DNA of 64,000 bases, from the NCBI GenBank assembly GCA_026708005.1, contig JAPOVR010000030.1:6933-70932 (forward strand), in the 5' to 3' direction. Origin of the DNA: Actinomycetes bacterium (GTDB lineage: Bacteria; Actinomycetota; Thermoleophilia; Gaiellales; Gaiellaceae). The position numbers were made by a program, and so were the translations under genes. Positions 36,513 through 46,100 of this stretch are shown here, piece after piece (position 1 is the stretch's first letter; every line of letters starts with the position of its first letter). The notes under the pieces were generated by a model. That model had not been told where the DNA came from. It ran no database searches and saw nothing but the letters and a program-made list of their open reading frames with translations.

Positions 36513-37664
36513 GTGAGAACCCCACTCGAGCATGCAGAGGAGCTTCTGGCCTCCGCCGAAGCAGACGTGCGACAGCTGTTGCCTCGCCGAACCACGATAG
36601 TGGACGCGCACGTCCACGTCGGTCGGGATATCGACGGTTTCGTCGCGAGCTATGACGACCTCATCCGCTTTCTCGGCGACAGCGGAGCCTCGCGCGCGTT
36701 CTGCTTCTGTCTCGATGAGCCCGACCGGGAGCCGGCATTCCGCGCGGCCAACGACCGCACGCTCCAGGCAGCGAAGCGGTCGAATGGAACGCTCATTCCG
36801 TTCGCCCGGCTCGACCCGAGTGAGGCGCCGCTCGAGGAGGCAACGCGGGCCCTCGACGCCGGGGCTCGGGGCATCAAGCTCCACCCGCGCTCCCAGGCAT
36901 TCTCGCTCGATGATGGCTGGCTCGGGCCGATCTTCGCGCTCGCGGCAGAGCGAAGCGTCCCGATCCTCATTCACGGCGGTCGTGGGCTGCCGCCGATTGC
37001 CGAGCAGCTCGCCCACCTCTGCGATACCCATGACGGGACACAGCTCATCATCGCCCATGCAGGCGTCGCCGACCTTCTCGGGCTGGCGAGGCTCTTGAGA
37101 GGACGCCCCGGCGTCTTCTTCGACACGTCCGTCTGGAGCGTCCTCGATCTCCTCGAGCTCTTGCGGAATGTCGGCCCCGAACAGGTTGTCTATGCGTCGG
37201 ACTTCCCATACGGGCGCCTGCCAGGGTCGCTTTTCCTGGCGCTCAAGAGCGCACGCCGCGCCGGGCTCGCCGACCACCAGGTTCGCGACCTGATGGGAGG
37301 GACCGCATCGAGAATCGCCGACGGAGCTGAGCCGAAGACCCCCACTGCCCCGCTGGACCTGGATGATGGTCAGCCGATCACGCTTGCGCGGATCCACCAC
37401 TACATCGCGATGGCGATCACGCTGCTGTGGACCCGCCAACCCGAGCAGATTGGGGTGCTCGGGCTTGCGCGAAACACCTGCGCGGAGCTGCACGACTTCC
37501 CCGCCGCGAGGGACCGCGCCGGCGAGCTCCTCCAAGCCGCAGAGGACCTCTGGGCAGCCCTGCACGAGGTGGAGGACGACGAGGAGCGCCTCCAGCTCGA
37601 GCGCACCGTCTTCAGCCTGCTGCACATGGCCGACGTCGAAGCTCTCACATCGGCGAGGTCGTAG
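36513..37664 (+). CDS. amidohydrolase-2 family metal-dependent hydrolase (TIM barrel) with C-terminal extension
   Basis: VDAHVHVG...GIKLHP...ILIHGG...IIAHAG...ASDFPY motif series. The 5' part of ORF 35940..37664 is antisense to the FMN reductase and was trimmed. Start is GTG 36513 or TTG 36471. Confidence 0.7.
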   Translation: MRTPLEHAEELLASAEADVRQLLPRRTTIVDAHVHVGRDIDGFVASYDDLIRFLGDSGASRAFCFCLDEPDREPAFRAANDRTLQAAKRSNGTLIPFARLDPSEAPLEEATRALDAGARGIKLHPRSQAFSLDDGWLGPIFALAAERSVPILIHGGRGLPPIAEQLAHLCDTHDGTQLIIAHAGVADLLGLARLLRGRPGVFFDTSVWSVLDLLELLRNVGPEQVVYASDFPYGRLPGSLFLALKSARRAGLADHQVRDLMGGTASRIADGAEPKTPTAPLDLDDGQPITLARIHHYIAMAITLLWTRQPEQIGVLGLARNTCAELHDFPAARDRAGELLQAAEDLWAALHEVEDDEERLQLERTVFSLLHMADVEALTSARS

Positions 37665-37679
37665 CGCGGGGCTGGATCG

Positions 37680-38231
37680 GTGGCCAGGGAGCCCACTGGG
37701 GTCTCGGGTGTGGTGCTCGCAGCCGGAGCGGCAAGCCGCTTCGGGGAGCCGAAGCAGCGCATCTTGCTGCCGCAGGTCCTCGAGAGACTCGCCGCGGCCG
37801 AGCTCGACGAGACCGTCGTCATCGCTGGTGCCCACGAGCTCGAGCTCGACGCGGGCAAGCGGGCTCGGCTCGTGTACTGCACGGATTGGGACCGAGGCCC
37901 TGGTGCTTCGCTGCGCGCAGGCCTGGCCGCACTCCGTCCCGAAGCTCGCAGCGCTGTCGTGTGCCTAGCTGACGGGCCACTGCTCTCACCAGCCGCGGTC
38001 GCGCGGGTCATCGACGCGTGGCGGCGCGGGATCGGTCTGCTGCTCGCCGCGAGCTACGACGGCACACGCGACCATCCGGTGCTCATCGACCGAAGCCTCT
38101 GGTCGGCGATCCCTGACGACGGTGGTCGTGCGCTGCCGACGCAGCTCGTCGACTGCAGCGATCTTCCCCCACCCGGCGACATCAACACGAAGCACGACCT
38201 GGCGCGCCTCGGGACTGTCTCCGCGCGGTGA
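37680..38231 (+). CDS. MobA/MocA-like nucleotidyltransferase (molybdenum cofactor cytidylyl/guanylyl-transferase family)
   Basis: GVVLAAGAASRFGEPKQ N-terminal NTP-transferase motif, 183 aa. Confidence 0.7.
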   Translation: MAREPTGVSGVVLAAGAASRFGEPKQRILLPQVLERLAAAELDETVVIAGAHELELDAGKRARLVYCTDWDRGPGASLRAGLAALRPEARSAVVCLADGPLLSPAAVARVIDAWRRGIGLLLAASYDGTRDHPVLIDRSLWSAIPDDGGRALPTQLVDCSDLPPPGDINTKHDLARLGTVSAR

Positions 38232-38304
38232 GCCTGCTCCCCGGCTCGCGGAGACACTTGGAGGTCAGCGGTCGGCGGAAGAGCGCCGCCGCGGGGGTGC
38301 CGCG

Positions 38305-38556
38305 CTAGCCGGGCTCTGATCGGAGCGCCGCGAGGCGCTGCTGCAACCCGTTCGAGGCAAGCTCGCCGTTGACTTCCTCCTCGCAACAGTTGCGCACGTG
38401 CTTCCAGAGGACCTCCTCGAGACGGTAGCAGCGGGCACAGCGCCCGCACTCGCTGAGGTGCAGCTGGACGATCGCTCGCTCGTCGGCGGTGAGGGTACGG
38501 TCGAGGTAGGGCTGGAGGCGCTCCTCGCACTGCCGGCAGTCGCCGTGCGCCGTCAT
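38305..38556 (-). CDS. zinc-binding (ZAS) anti-sigma factor, RsrA-like
   Basis: HLSECGRCARCY is the HxxxCxxC ZAS motif, with additional Cys. 83 aa, soluble. Start overlaps the sigma gene stop. Confidence 0.8.
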   Translation of the reverse strand: MTAHGDCRQCEERLQPYLDRTLTADERAIVQLHLSECGRCARCYRLEEVLWKHVRNCCEEEVNGELASNGLQQRLAALRSEPG

Positions 38557-39128
38557 CCGGTTGCCGCCATGTCAGCCAGTTGCTGCTTGAGAATCCGTCT
38601 GCCCCGATGCAGGCGCGACATGACCGTTCCGATCGGCACATCGAGAATCTGTGCGGCGTCCGCATAGGAGAACTCGCCGATGTCGACGAGAACCACGACG
38701 TCACGGAAGTCATGGGGCACGGCCGCCAGCGCCTCCACGATCGAATCCTGTGAGAGGCGTTCGACGAGGCGGTGCTCCTCGCCCGCGCCGGCCTCGTCGA
38801 GCCGGTCGTAGAGGAAGTAGTCCCCTTCCTCGACCGGCTGCGTGCTCGGCGCTCGCTGGGCCCGCCGGCCGCGGTCGATGTTGAGATTCGTGAGAATCCG
38901 CAGGAGCCAGGCGCGGAGGTTGGTCCCCGCCTCGAACGACCGCCAGTTGCGAAAGGCGCGGACGTACGTGTCCTGCACGAGGTCCTCGGCTTCCTCCGGG
39001 GATGGCACGAGCCGCCTCGCCACCCGGTACACCTGATCGGCGAGGGCGAGAGCCTCTTCCTCGAATCGAATCCGATCGCGAGCCTCACCCGCGATCTCGC
39101 GCGCGTGGTCGGGCGTCGCCTCGCTCAC
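38553..39128 (-). CDS. ECF RNA polymerase sigma factor, SigR/SigH type
   Basis: Region 2 (EDLVQDTYVRAFRNWRSF, NLRAWLLRILTN) and region 4 (YADAAQILDVPIGTVMSRLHRGR). Start provisionally GTG 39128. The ORF stays open to 39302. Confidence 0.85.
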   Translation of the reverse strand: MSEATPDHAREIAGEARDRIRFEEEALALADQVYRVARRLVPSPEEAEDLVQDTYVRAFRNWRSFEAGTNLRAWLLRILTNLNIDRGRRAQRAPSTQPVEEGDYFLYDRLDEAGAGEEHRLVERLSQDSIVEALAAVPHDFRDVVVLVDIGEFSYADAAQILDVPIGTVMSRLHRGRRILKQQLADMAATG

Positions 39129-39274
39129 GAGACGGAGACTAGAGGATCCAGTAGCCGCCGACGCCTCAGAAGCGCACGCGCGGCGCGCGGGCGCTGCCCG
39201 CCTCACGCTTCTCGTACCGACGCGGCACAGGCCCGTGCGGGCGCCCCCTGCGCGTGCTTGCCCACACACTTCCA

Positions 39275-39300
39275 AACGAGCCCGCGGCCGGTCCCATTCC
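39275..39300 (-). promoter_or_regulatory. SigR/SigH-type promoter GGAAT-N18-GTT
   Basis: The minus strand reads GGAAT (39300-39296), exactly 18 nt, then GTT (39277-39275). It lies between the HMA gene stop and the sigma gene and points toward the sigma gene. Matches the SigR (Streptomyces) / SigH (Mycobacterium) consensus. Confidence 0.55.
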
Positions 39301-39312
39301 ACGGCGCCCGGC

Positions 39313-39525
39313 TCAGGCGGCGAGCTGGAAGCCGCCGCGCTCGATGGCCGCGATGATCGTGTCGTGATCGAGCAGCTCCTCGTCCCACACGAGCGTGACC
39401 TCGCCCATCAGCGTTGCGTTGGCCGACTCCAGCCCCTCAAGGCCACCGAGAACCGCGCCAAGGCGCAGAACGCATCGCTCACAGCGGATGCCCTGCACTT
39501 GCAACACGTCGCTCCGACGCGCCAT
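39313..39525 (-). CDS. heavy-metal-associated (HMA, CopZ-like) domain protein
   Basis: 70 aa. VQGIRCERCVLRLGAVL is a ferredoxin-like HMA fold with a CxxC in the usual loop (GIRCERC instead of GMTCxxC). Confidence 0.65.
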   Translation of the reverse strand: MARRSDVLQVQGIRCERCVLRLGAVLGGLEGLESANATLMGEVTLVWDEELLDHDTIIAAIERGGFQLAA

Positions 39526-39735
39526 GGCGCCATCCTACTCCGACCTCAGCCCCCGGTCGCCTTCCAACCACAGGCCTCGGCTCCCGGTAGCCCGCGCGCG
39601 CAGACGTCAGTCACGCTGGTGACCGCGCCGAGCCATGTGACAGGCCGAGCTGGCACAGATGGAGGTGACCGGAGGGCCTAGCAGGCGGCTGGCCCTCCGG
39701 TCGATTGCTTCCGGCAGCTGGCCGTGTGCCAGCCT

Positions 39736-39758
39736 GGTCCTAAGGGAGGGTTAGGACC
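39736..39758 (-). terminator. stem-loop 15 nt downstream of htrA stop (I-shaped terminator candidate)
   Basis: GGTCCTAA-GGGAGGG-TTAGGACC is an 8-bp perfect stem. A second 12-bp perfect stem, GACCGGAGGGCC...GGCCCTCCGGTC, lies at 39667-39702. No U-tract. Confidence 0.45.
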
Positions 39759-39773
39759 CGGAAGCTGGGCGTC

Positions 39774-41255
39774 TTAGCCCGTTGGCGGAGACGGCCGACG
39801 CCCAAGCTCAACGATGACCGAATCGGTTGTGCCGTCGCTTCGGGTGATTCCGAGTGCAAGCGGATCGCCCGGCTTCCTGCTCGAGACGGCGGTGACGACG
39901 TCGGATGCCTCTGAGACTGGCTCGCCATCGATCTCCGTGATGATGTCGCCTCCGATGGTGAACGTGTTGCCGTCGATGGTGATATCGCGATCGCCGCCTC
40001 GGAGCCCGGCGTCGGCGGCCGACGTTCCGGGCTCCACGTGTGCGACAAGCACACCCCCGTCGACCGGGAGGCGAACGGTCTCGTGGAGCTCTTCCGTGAT
40101 GGACTGGACGATGACGCCGAGGTAGGCGTGAACGACCTCGCCGGTCTCGAGCATTTGGGTGACGACGTCCTTGACGGTGTTCACCGGAACGGCAAAGCCG
40201 ATCCCGACGTTGCCCGTTCCCCCGTCGGTGACGATCTGCGAGTTGACGCCGATCACCTCGCCGAGCTCGTTCAGCAGAGGCCCACCCGAGTTGCCGCTGT
40301 TGATTGCGGCATCCGTCTGAATCACGCCCTCGATCCGGAAGCGGCCGGCCGCTCGGATCTGCCGCTGCACGGCACTGACGATGCCGGCCGTGACAGTGCG
40401 GTCGAGACCGAACGGGTTCCCGATGGCGATAGCCAGCTCCCCGGCCTTGACCTTGTCGGAATCACCGAGGCGCAGCGGCGAGAGCGCGCGGCCGTCGAGA
40501 TCGGCCCGGAGCAGCGCGATATCGGTGGACGGGTCGCTGCCTACAATCTTGGCGAGGACGCCGTCACCGTCGGAGAAGGCGACGCGAACAGAGCTTGCTC
40601 CGTCGATCACGTGGAAGTTCGTCACGATGTGGCCTTCCTTGTCGATCACGAAGCCAGAGCCGAGGCCTCTGCGCGGGATGAGCGGCTCGAAGCTGCCGGT
40701 GCCGTCCCTGTCGATGGACGTCGTGATCTGCACAACGGCAGGACTCGCAAGCTCGTAGATCTCCTGCACAGAGAGGGGCTCGAGACCGCGCGTCTCGTCG
40801 GCAGAAGGCTGGGCGTCCGTCTCGCTGGCAGGAGGCTGTGGGTCGAGCGAGGTGAGCTCGGCTGGGCTTGGGGAGACCTCGCGGATGACTGTCGTCGTGC
40901 TGTCGCCGTCCGCCGCTCCGACGATCACGGTGATTCCGGCCGCGATCCCGCCGCCGATCAAGCCGGCGAGCAGGAGCGGCACCACCGCCCGCACGTGGGA
41001 TCGGTATCGCGACCTCCGTTCGCCCGGCTGGCCGCCCGCTGCAGGCGGGATCTGCGAGGCTGCCTCCTGGGCGCGGTCGGGAGCCGCTGGCGGCTCCGAC
41101 GGCAGCGCCGGAGCGGTCACCTCGCTGCTCTCGTCCCTTATCCCCTCGCGCACAGGGGCAGCGTCGGCCCGTCGCCCGTCCGTGTGCTCAGGCTCCTGCG
41201 CTGCGTCGCTGTCAGGCTCCACCGGTGAGCTCTCGTCCCGAGTCGTGTCGTCCAT
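39774..41255 (-). CDS. htrA: HtrA/DegP-family serine protease with PDZ domain
   Basis: Catalytic triad context (TNFHVI, DIALL, GNSGGPLL), one N-terminal TM segment after a disordered acidic/Pro-rich region, and a C-terminal PDZ domain. Confidence 0.9.
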   Translation of the reverse strand: MDDTTRDESSPVEPDSDAAQEPEHTDGRRADAAPVREGIRDESSEVTAPALPSEPPAAPDRAQEAASQIPPAAGGQPGERRSRYRSHVRAVVPLLLAGLIGGGIAAGITVIVGAADGDSTTTVIREVSPSPAELTSLDPQPPASETDAQPSADETRGLEPLSVQEIYELASPAVVQITTSIDRDGTGSFEPLIPRRGLGSGFVIDKEGHIVTNFHVIDGASSVRVAFSDGDGVLAKIVGSDPSTDIALLRADLDGRALSPLRLGDSDKVKAGELAIAIGNPFGLDRTVTAGIVSAVQRQIRAAGRFRIEGVIQTDAAINSGNSGGPLLNELGEVIGVNSQIVTDGGTGNVGIGFAVPVNTVKDVVTQMLETGEVVHAYLGVIVQSITEELHETVRLPVDGGVLVAHVEPGTSAADAGLRGGDRDITIDGNTFTIGGDIITEIDGEPVSEASDVVTAVSSRKPGDPLALGITRSDGTTDSVIVELGRRPSPPTG

Positions 41256-41443
41256 GAGTCGGTTTATACCGAGCGCCCATTCAGGAGCGGTTGTGCAGGC
41301 ATTGAGCTCGGTTAGGCCCGCGTTGAGCGCCGGTTAAGCGCACGGGGAGCCTGGGTGGGTGGAACACCCCCCTGCGGCACCGCGAGCGCTCCCGGTGGGA
41401 AAGCGCGCCAAGCCTGCCGCGGACAAGACGACGAGCGGTATCG

Positions 41444-43066
41444 CTAGAAGACCGGCGTCTCGCGCCAGAGACCCCAGATGTCGCGCAGCGAATCACACAT
41501 CTCGCCCACGGTCGCCTGCGCCTTGCTGGCAGCCACCAGGGCGGGCATGAGGTTGACATCGGAGACCGCATCTCGCTTGATGCGAGCCACTGCCGCTTCG
41601 ACCCCCGCGGTCTCGCGGCGCGCCCGGAGCGCCCGCACGCGCGCCACCTGCTTCCGCTCGAGCTCAGGATCGATGTGGAGCAGATCGAGGGGCTCGCCCT
41701 CGGGCTCTTGGTAGGCGTTCACGCCGACCACGACGCGCTCGCCCGAGTCCACGTCGCTCTGGAACTGGAACGAGGCCTCCGCGATCTCCTGCTGGAAGAA
41801 GTTCTCGCGAATTGCGGGAATCACGCCTCCGAGCTGCCGGATCCGGTCGAGGTAGGCGTGCGCCTCCTCCTCGAGACGGTCGGTCAGCGCCTCTACGTAG
41901 TAGGAGCCACCGAGCGGGTCGGCCGTCGAGGCAGCGCCGGACTCGTGCGCAATGATCTGCTGTGTCCGAAGCGCGATCTTCGCGGCGCGCTCGGTCGGCA
42001 GCGCGAGGGCTTCGTCGTAGGAGTTCGTATGGAGCGACTGGCAGCCGCCCATGACAGCGGCCATCGCCTCGACCGCGGTGCGCACGATGTTCAGCTCGGG
42101 CTGCTGCGCGGTGAGCGAGACGCCGGCGGTCTGGGCGTGGAAGCGCATGCGAAGCGAGCGTGGATCACTCGCTCCATAGCGCTCCTTCAGCTCGCGGGCC
42201 CAGATGCGTCTCGCAGCGCGATACTTCGCGACCTCCTCGAAGAAGTCGATGTGCGCGTTGAAGAAGAACGAGAGCCGCGGCGAGAAGGCGTCGACGTCGA
42301 GCCCTCGGCTGATGCCCTCCTCCACGTAGGCGAAGCCGTCGGCGAGCGTGAACGCGAGCTCCTGCGCCGCCGTCGAGCCGGCCTCCCGGATGTGGTACCC
42401 CGAGATCGAGACCGGATGCCAGAGCGGCATCTCCTCGGTGCAGAACTCGATCATGTCGACGCACAGGCGCATCGAGGGCTCCGGCGGGTAGATCCACTCC
42501 TTCTGGGCGATGTACTCCTTCAGGATGTCGGCCTGGACCGTCCCGCGGAGCAGCTCCCGAGGAGTTCCCTGCTCTTCGCCGACGCAGAGATAGAACGCCA
42601 GCAGCATCGCGGCAGGCGCGTTGATCGTCATGGACGTTGAGATCTCAGCCAGCGGGATGCCGGCGAAGAGATCCTCCATGTCTGCCAGCGAGTCGATGGC
42701 GACCCCCTCGCGCCCGACCTCGCCGAGCGCCCGCGCGTGGTCGCTGTCGTAGCCCATCAGCGTCGGCATGTCGAACGCGACCGACAGCCCCGTCTGCCCG
42801 TGCTCGATCAGGTAGCGGAAGCGCTCGTTCGTCTCCTCGACCGTGCCGAACCCGGCGAACTGCCGCATCGTCCAGAGGCGACCTCGGTACATCGACTCGT
42901 AGACGCCCCGGGTATACGGGTACGCGCCCGGGTCACCGAGGTCGCGCTCGTAGTCAACCGCGTCGGCAGACGCTGTGTAGAGCGGCTCGACCGGAATCCC
43001 CGACAGCGTCGTCTCCGGGACGCCTGCAGCGGCCGCCTGCCGCCGCCTGGGCTCGGTCGTCGCCAT
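41444..43066 (-). CDS. methylmalonyl-CoA mutase-family catalytic (large, substrate-binding) subunit without B12-binding domain
   Basis: [53 protein letters not shown]. 540 aa after trimming to ATG 43066. Confidence 0.85.
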   Translation of the reverse strand: MATTEPRRRQAAAAGVPETTLSGIPVEPLYTASADAVDYERDLGDPGAYPYTRGVYESMYRGRLWTMRQFAGFGTVEETNERFRYLIEHGQTGLSVAFDMPTLMGYDSDHARALGEVGREGVAIDSLADMEDLFAGIPLAEISTSMTINAPAAMLLAFYLCVGEEQGTPRELLRGTVQADILKEYIAQKEWIYPPEPSMRLCVDMIEFCTEEMPLWHPVSISGYHIREAGSTAAQELAFTLADGFAYVEEGISRGLDVDAFSPRLSFFFNAHIDFFEEVAKYRAARRIWARELKERYGASDPRSLRMRFHAQTAGVSLTAQQPELNIVRTAVEAMAAVMGGCQSLHTNSYDEALALPTERAAKIALRTQQIIAHESGAASTADPLGGSYYVEALTDRLEEEAHAYLDRIRQLGGVIPAIRENFFQQEIAEASFQFQSDVDSGERVVVGVNAYQEPEGEPLDLLHIDPELERKQVARVRALRARRETAGVEAAVARIKRDAVSDVNLMPALVAASKAQATVGEMCDSLRDIWGLWRETPVF

Positions 43067-43147
43067 CAGCCAATCATACGCAGGCCGAACTGGAACGTCG
43101 CCTCGGCAGGGAGAACGCAAGCGGCGTAAGCGGCCCGCCAGCGAGGC

Positions 43148-46100
43148 TCACGTGGTCGCGGCAGCTCCTTGACCAGCCTTCTTCCTGCGCAGCTCCGCGG
43201 TGGCTTGGACATCGACGCCGCTGAGGTCTGGCTCGAGCACCACGCCATAGGCCTCGGTCGCCTGCTCCCGCGTCGCGAACCCATCGAGCACGTCGGAGAG
43301 CACGAGCTCCGGATCGCGCTCGAGCGGGTCGCCGTAGCCGCCCGAGCTTGGGACGGTGATCTCGATCGCGCTGCCCGCGTGGAGCGTCTTGCCGCTGAAC
43401 TTGGAGGGCCAGCGCTCGACACTGCCGTCGGAGCCGTGCACGCGCACGGATGCGTTCAGCCCTCCGTGGCCGCCGAAGATACCCCAGGGCGGGTCGCTGT
43501 CGTGGCGCTCCCCCTCGCACGTGACGATCGTGTCCTCGAGGAACCGGTTCACGCGCACGATGCCGATCCCGCCGCGGGACCGGCCGGGCGGCGCCGGCTC
43601 GTCGCGCAGCTCGTAGCGTTCAGTACGCATCGGAAAGCGCCACTCGAGCTCCTCGATCGGGTTGTTTCTCGTATTCGCGATCAGCGAGTCCACCGAGTCG
43701 AGCCCATCCCGGTCGAGCCGGCCGCCGTAGGAGCCCTCGTCGACCTCGAGATAGACCCAGTACTCGCTCTCCTCAGGGATGAACCCCGAGTAGGAGATGA
43801 AGTGCAGGTGCGCAGAGTTGCCGGCCGTGATCTTCTCGGGCACGACCGGGGAGAGCGCCCTCAGCGCAAGATCGACCGCGCGCTGAGCCTGGCAGAAGCG
43901 GGCAAAACACGCCCGCGGGTAGTTCGGGTTGAAGATCGATCCCTTCGGGGCAACGACGTTGACGGGCCTCAGCATCCCCTCGTTCTGTGGCACGAACACG
44001 GGGTAGGCCTCCTCGTCGAGGAAGATCATCCGGGTGATGAAGGTCATCGCGGAGACCGTCGTTCCTTCGAAAGGCACGTTGTAGCCTGTGGGTACCTCAT
44101 CGCTCGAGCCCGTCAGGTCATAGATGATCTCGTCGCCGTTGATCTCGACGGCCACCTTGACAGGAAGTGGCTTGCCGCGGTTGACGCCGTCATCGTCCAG
44201 CCAGCCGACGTCGGTCTCGTACCGTCCATCGGGAACCTTGGCGATCTCCTGGCGCAGCATCCGCTCGGAGTAGTCGATCCAGTCGCTCGCAGCACCAAGC
44301 ACCGCAGCAGGGCCGTAGCGGTCGAGCAGCTCGATGTAGCGCGCGCGCGCGAGCTCGCACGCCGCGATCATCGCCTGGATGTCTCCGCGGTTATGCGTCG
44401 GCGTGCGCGTGTTCTCGAGGATGTGCTGCCACAGCTTCTCCTGCCACACGCCCTTCTCGGCAAGCTTGACCGCACGGTAGATGTTTCCCTCAGACCAGTT
44501 GTCGACGAGGTCGATGGCGAGGCCCGGGTAGGCACCACCGATGTCGAGGATGTGCGCTGAGGCACCGGAGAAGCCGACCAGCTCGCCCCCGTAGAAGATC
44601 GGGATTACAATCGCGACGTCGGGCGTGTGGGTCGCGCCGAGGTAGGGGTCGTTGTGGAGGATGATGTCGCCCTCGTGAATGTCGTCGCCCAGCGTCCTGA
44701 TGACTCCCTTGACGATCTTGGGCATCGCGCCCATGAACATCGGCGTCGAGTCTGATTCGGCGAGGTTGCTTCCCTCCCGATCGAAGATGCCGGCACCGAG
44801 GTCTTCGGACTCACGGATGATCGACGAGTAGCTCATTCGGTAGAGCACGCCCGCCATCTCCTTGGCGATCGCCGAGAACGCGCCCCCGATGACGCGCATC
44901 AGGATCGGCGTCGCAAGCTCGGCACCCCGGCGCGACTCAGACCGGGCTCGCGTCGTGCAGTCGATGATGATGTTGCCGAACCCGTCGATCTCGGCCGTGA
45001 GCCCGGGGGGAACGAGCGTTGTCGAGTCGTACTGCTCGATGATGGCCGGCCCTTCAACCCCGTCCCCGGCCTGGAGCAGGGCGCGATCGTAGAAGGGGGT
45101 CAAGCGGCGCTCGGCCACGCCGTCGACGTCGAAGATGACCTCGCGCTCGAGGATCTGCGCATGGGCTGGATCACCGTCACCGGGGTCCACCTCCGTTGCC
45201 TTGAGCTCCGTCATCCGCCCGATGCCCACGGCTCGGATGTTGATGATCTCGACCTCGGCGTCGAATCGCTGGCCGTACTCGAGCTCGTGAGCGCGGTGGA
45301 AGCCCTCCTGCAGCTGCTCGACCCAGGCGTCGTCTATCTCGCTGGCGGGTACATCAAAGCGAACCTCGTAACCCTGCCCGGCATAGCGGCAGTCGGCAAG
45401 CCGCCGCACCAGACGCCGGTTCTCGGGAACGGCGTCCCGGTCGAGCTGTCGCATCGCGTCGGCGACGAGCTGCTCGAACCGTAGCGCGAGCCGTTCCTTG
45501 TCGAGGTTCTTGAGCTGGTGCCGCTCGGTCGCGACGAACTCGTGATGCAGATCGGTCGCCAGCAGCCCCGTCGCGGCAACAATGCCGGGGTAGGGCGGCA
45601 CGAGGACGCGCGGAATCTCGAGCTCGAGCGCGATGTCACACGCAAAGAGAGGGCCGGCACCGCCGGCGGCGACGAGCGTGAAGTCGCGCGGGTCGTAGCC
45701 ACGGCGCACGGAGTTCAGCTCGATCGCCTGGGTCATCCCGTACTTCTGAAGCTGCAGAGCACCCAGCGCGGCTTCCTCAACCAGCATGCCGAGGCTGTCG
45801 GCGACTGACTTCATCGCCTCCCGGGCGAGATCGACGTCGAGCCGCATGGCCCCACCGAGAAGGCCCTGCTCGGCCCGGATGCGACCGAGCAAGAGCTGGG
45901 CGTCGGTGGCCGTGGGCTGGAGGCCACCGCGCCCGTAGCACGCCGGGCCTGGATCCGCGCCTGCCGACTGCGGGCCGGTGCGAAACACGCCGCCCTCGTC
46001 GACGTAGGCAATCGAGCCGCCACCGGCACCGATCGTGTCGATGTCGACCATCGGCACCATTGCCTGGTAGTCGCCGACCTTCGTGTCGAGCAGGTGCCGC

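Noticed and set aside
41256-43147. Cobalamin riboswitch near the B12-dependent mutase or the CobW-family gene
   Set aside because: No B12-box (GCCACTG in a suitable context) in the intergenic regions 41256-41443, 43067-43147 or 14186-14304. The GCCACTG occurrences seen lie inside coding sequences.
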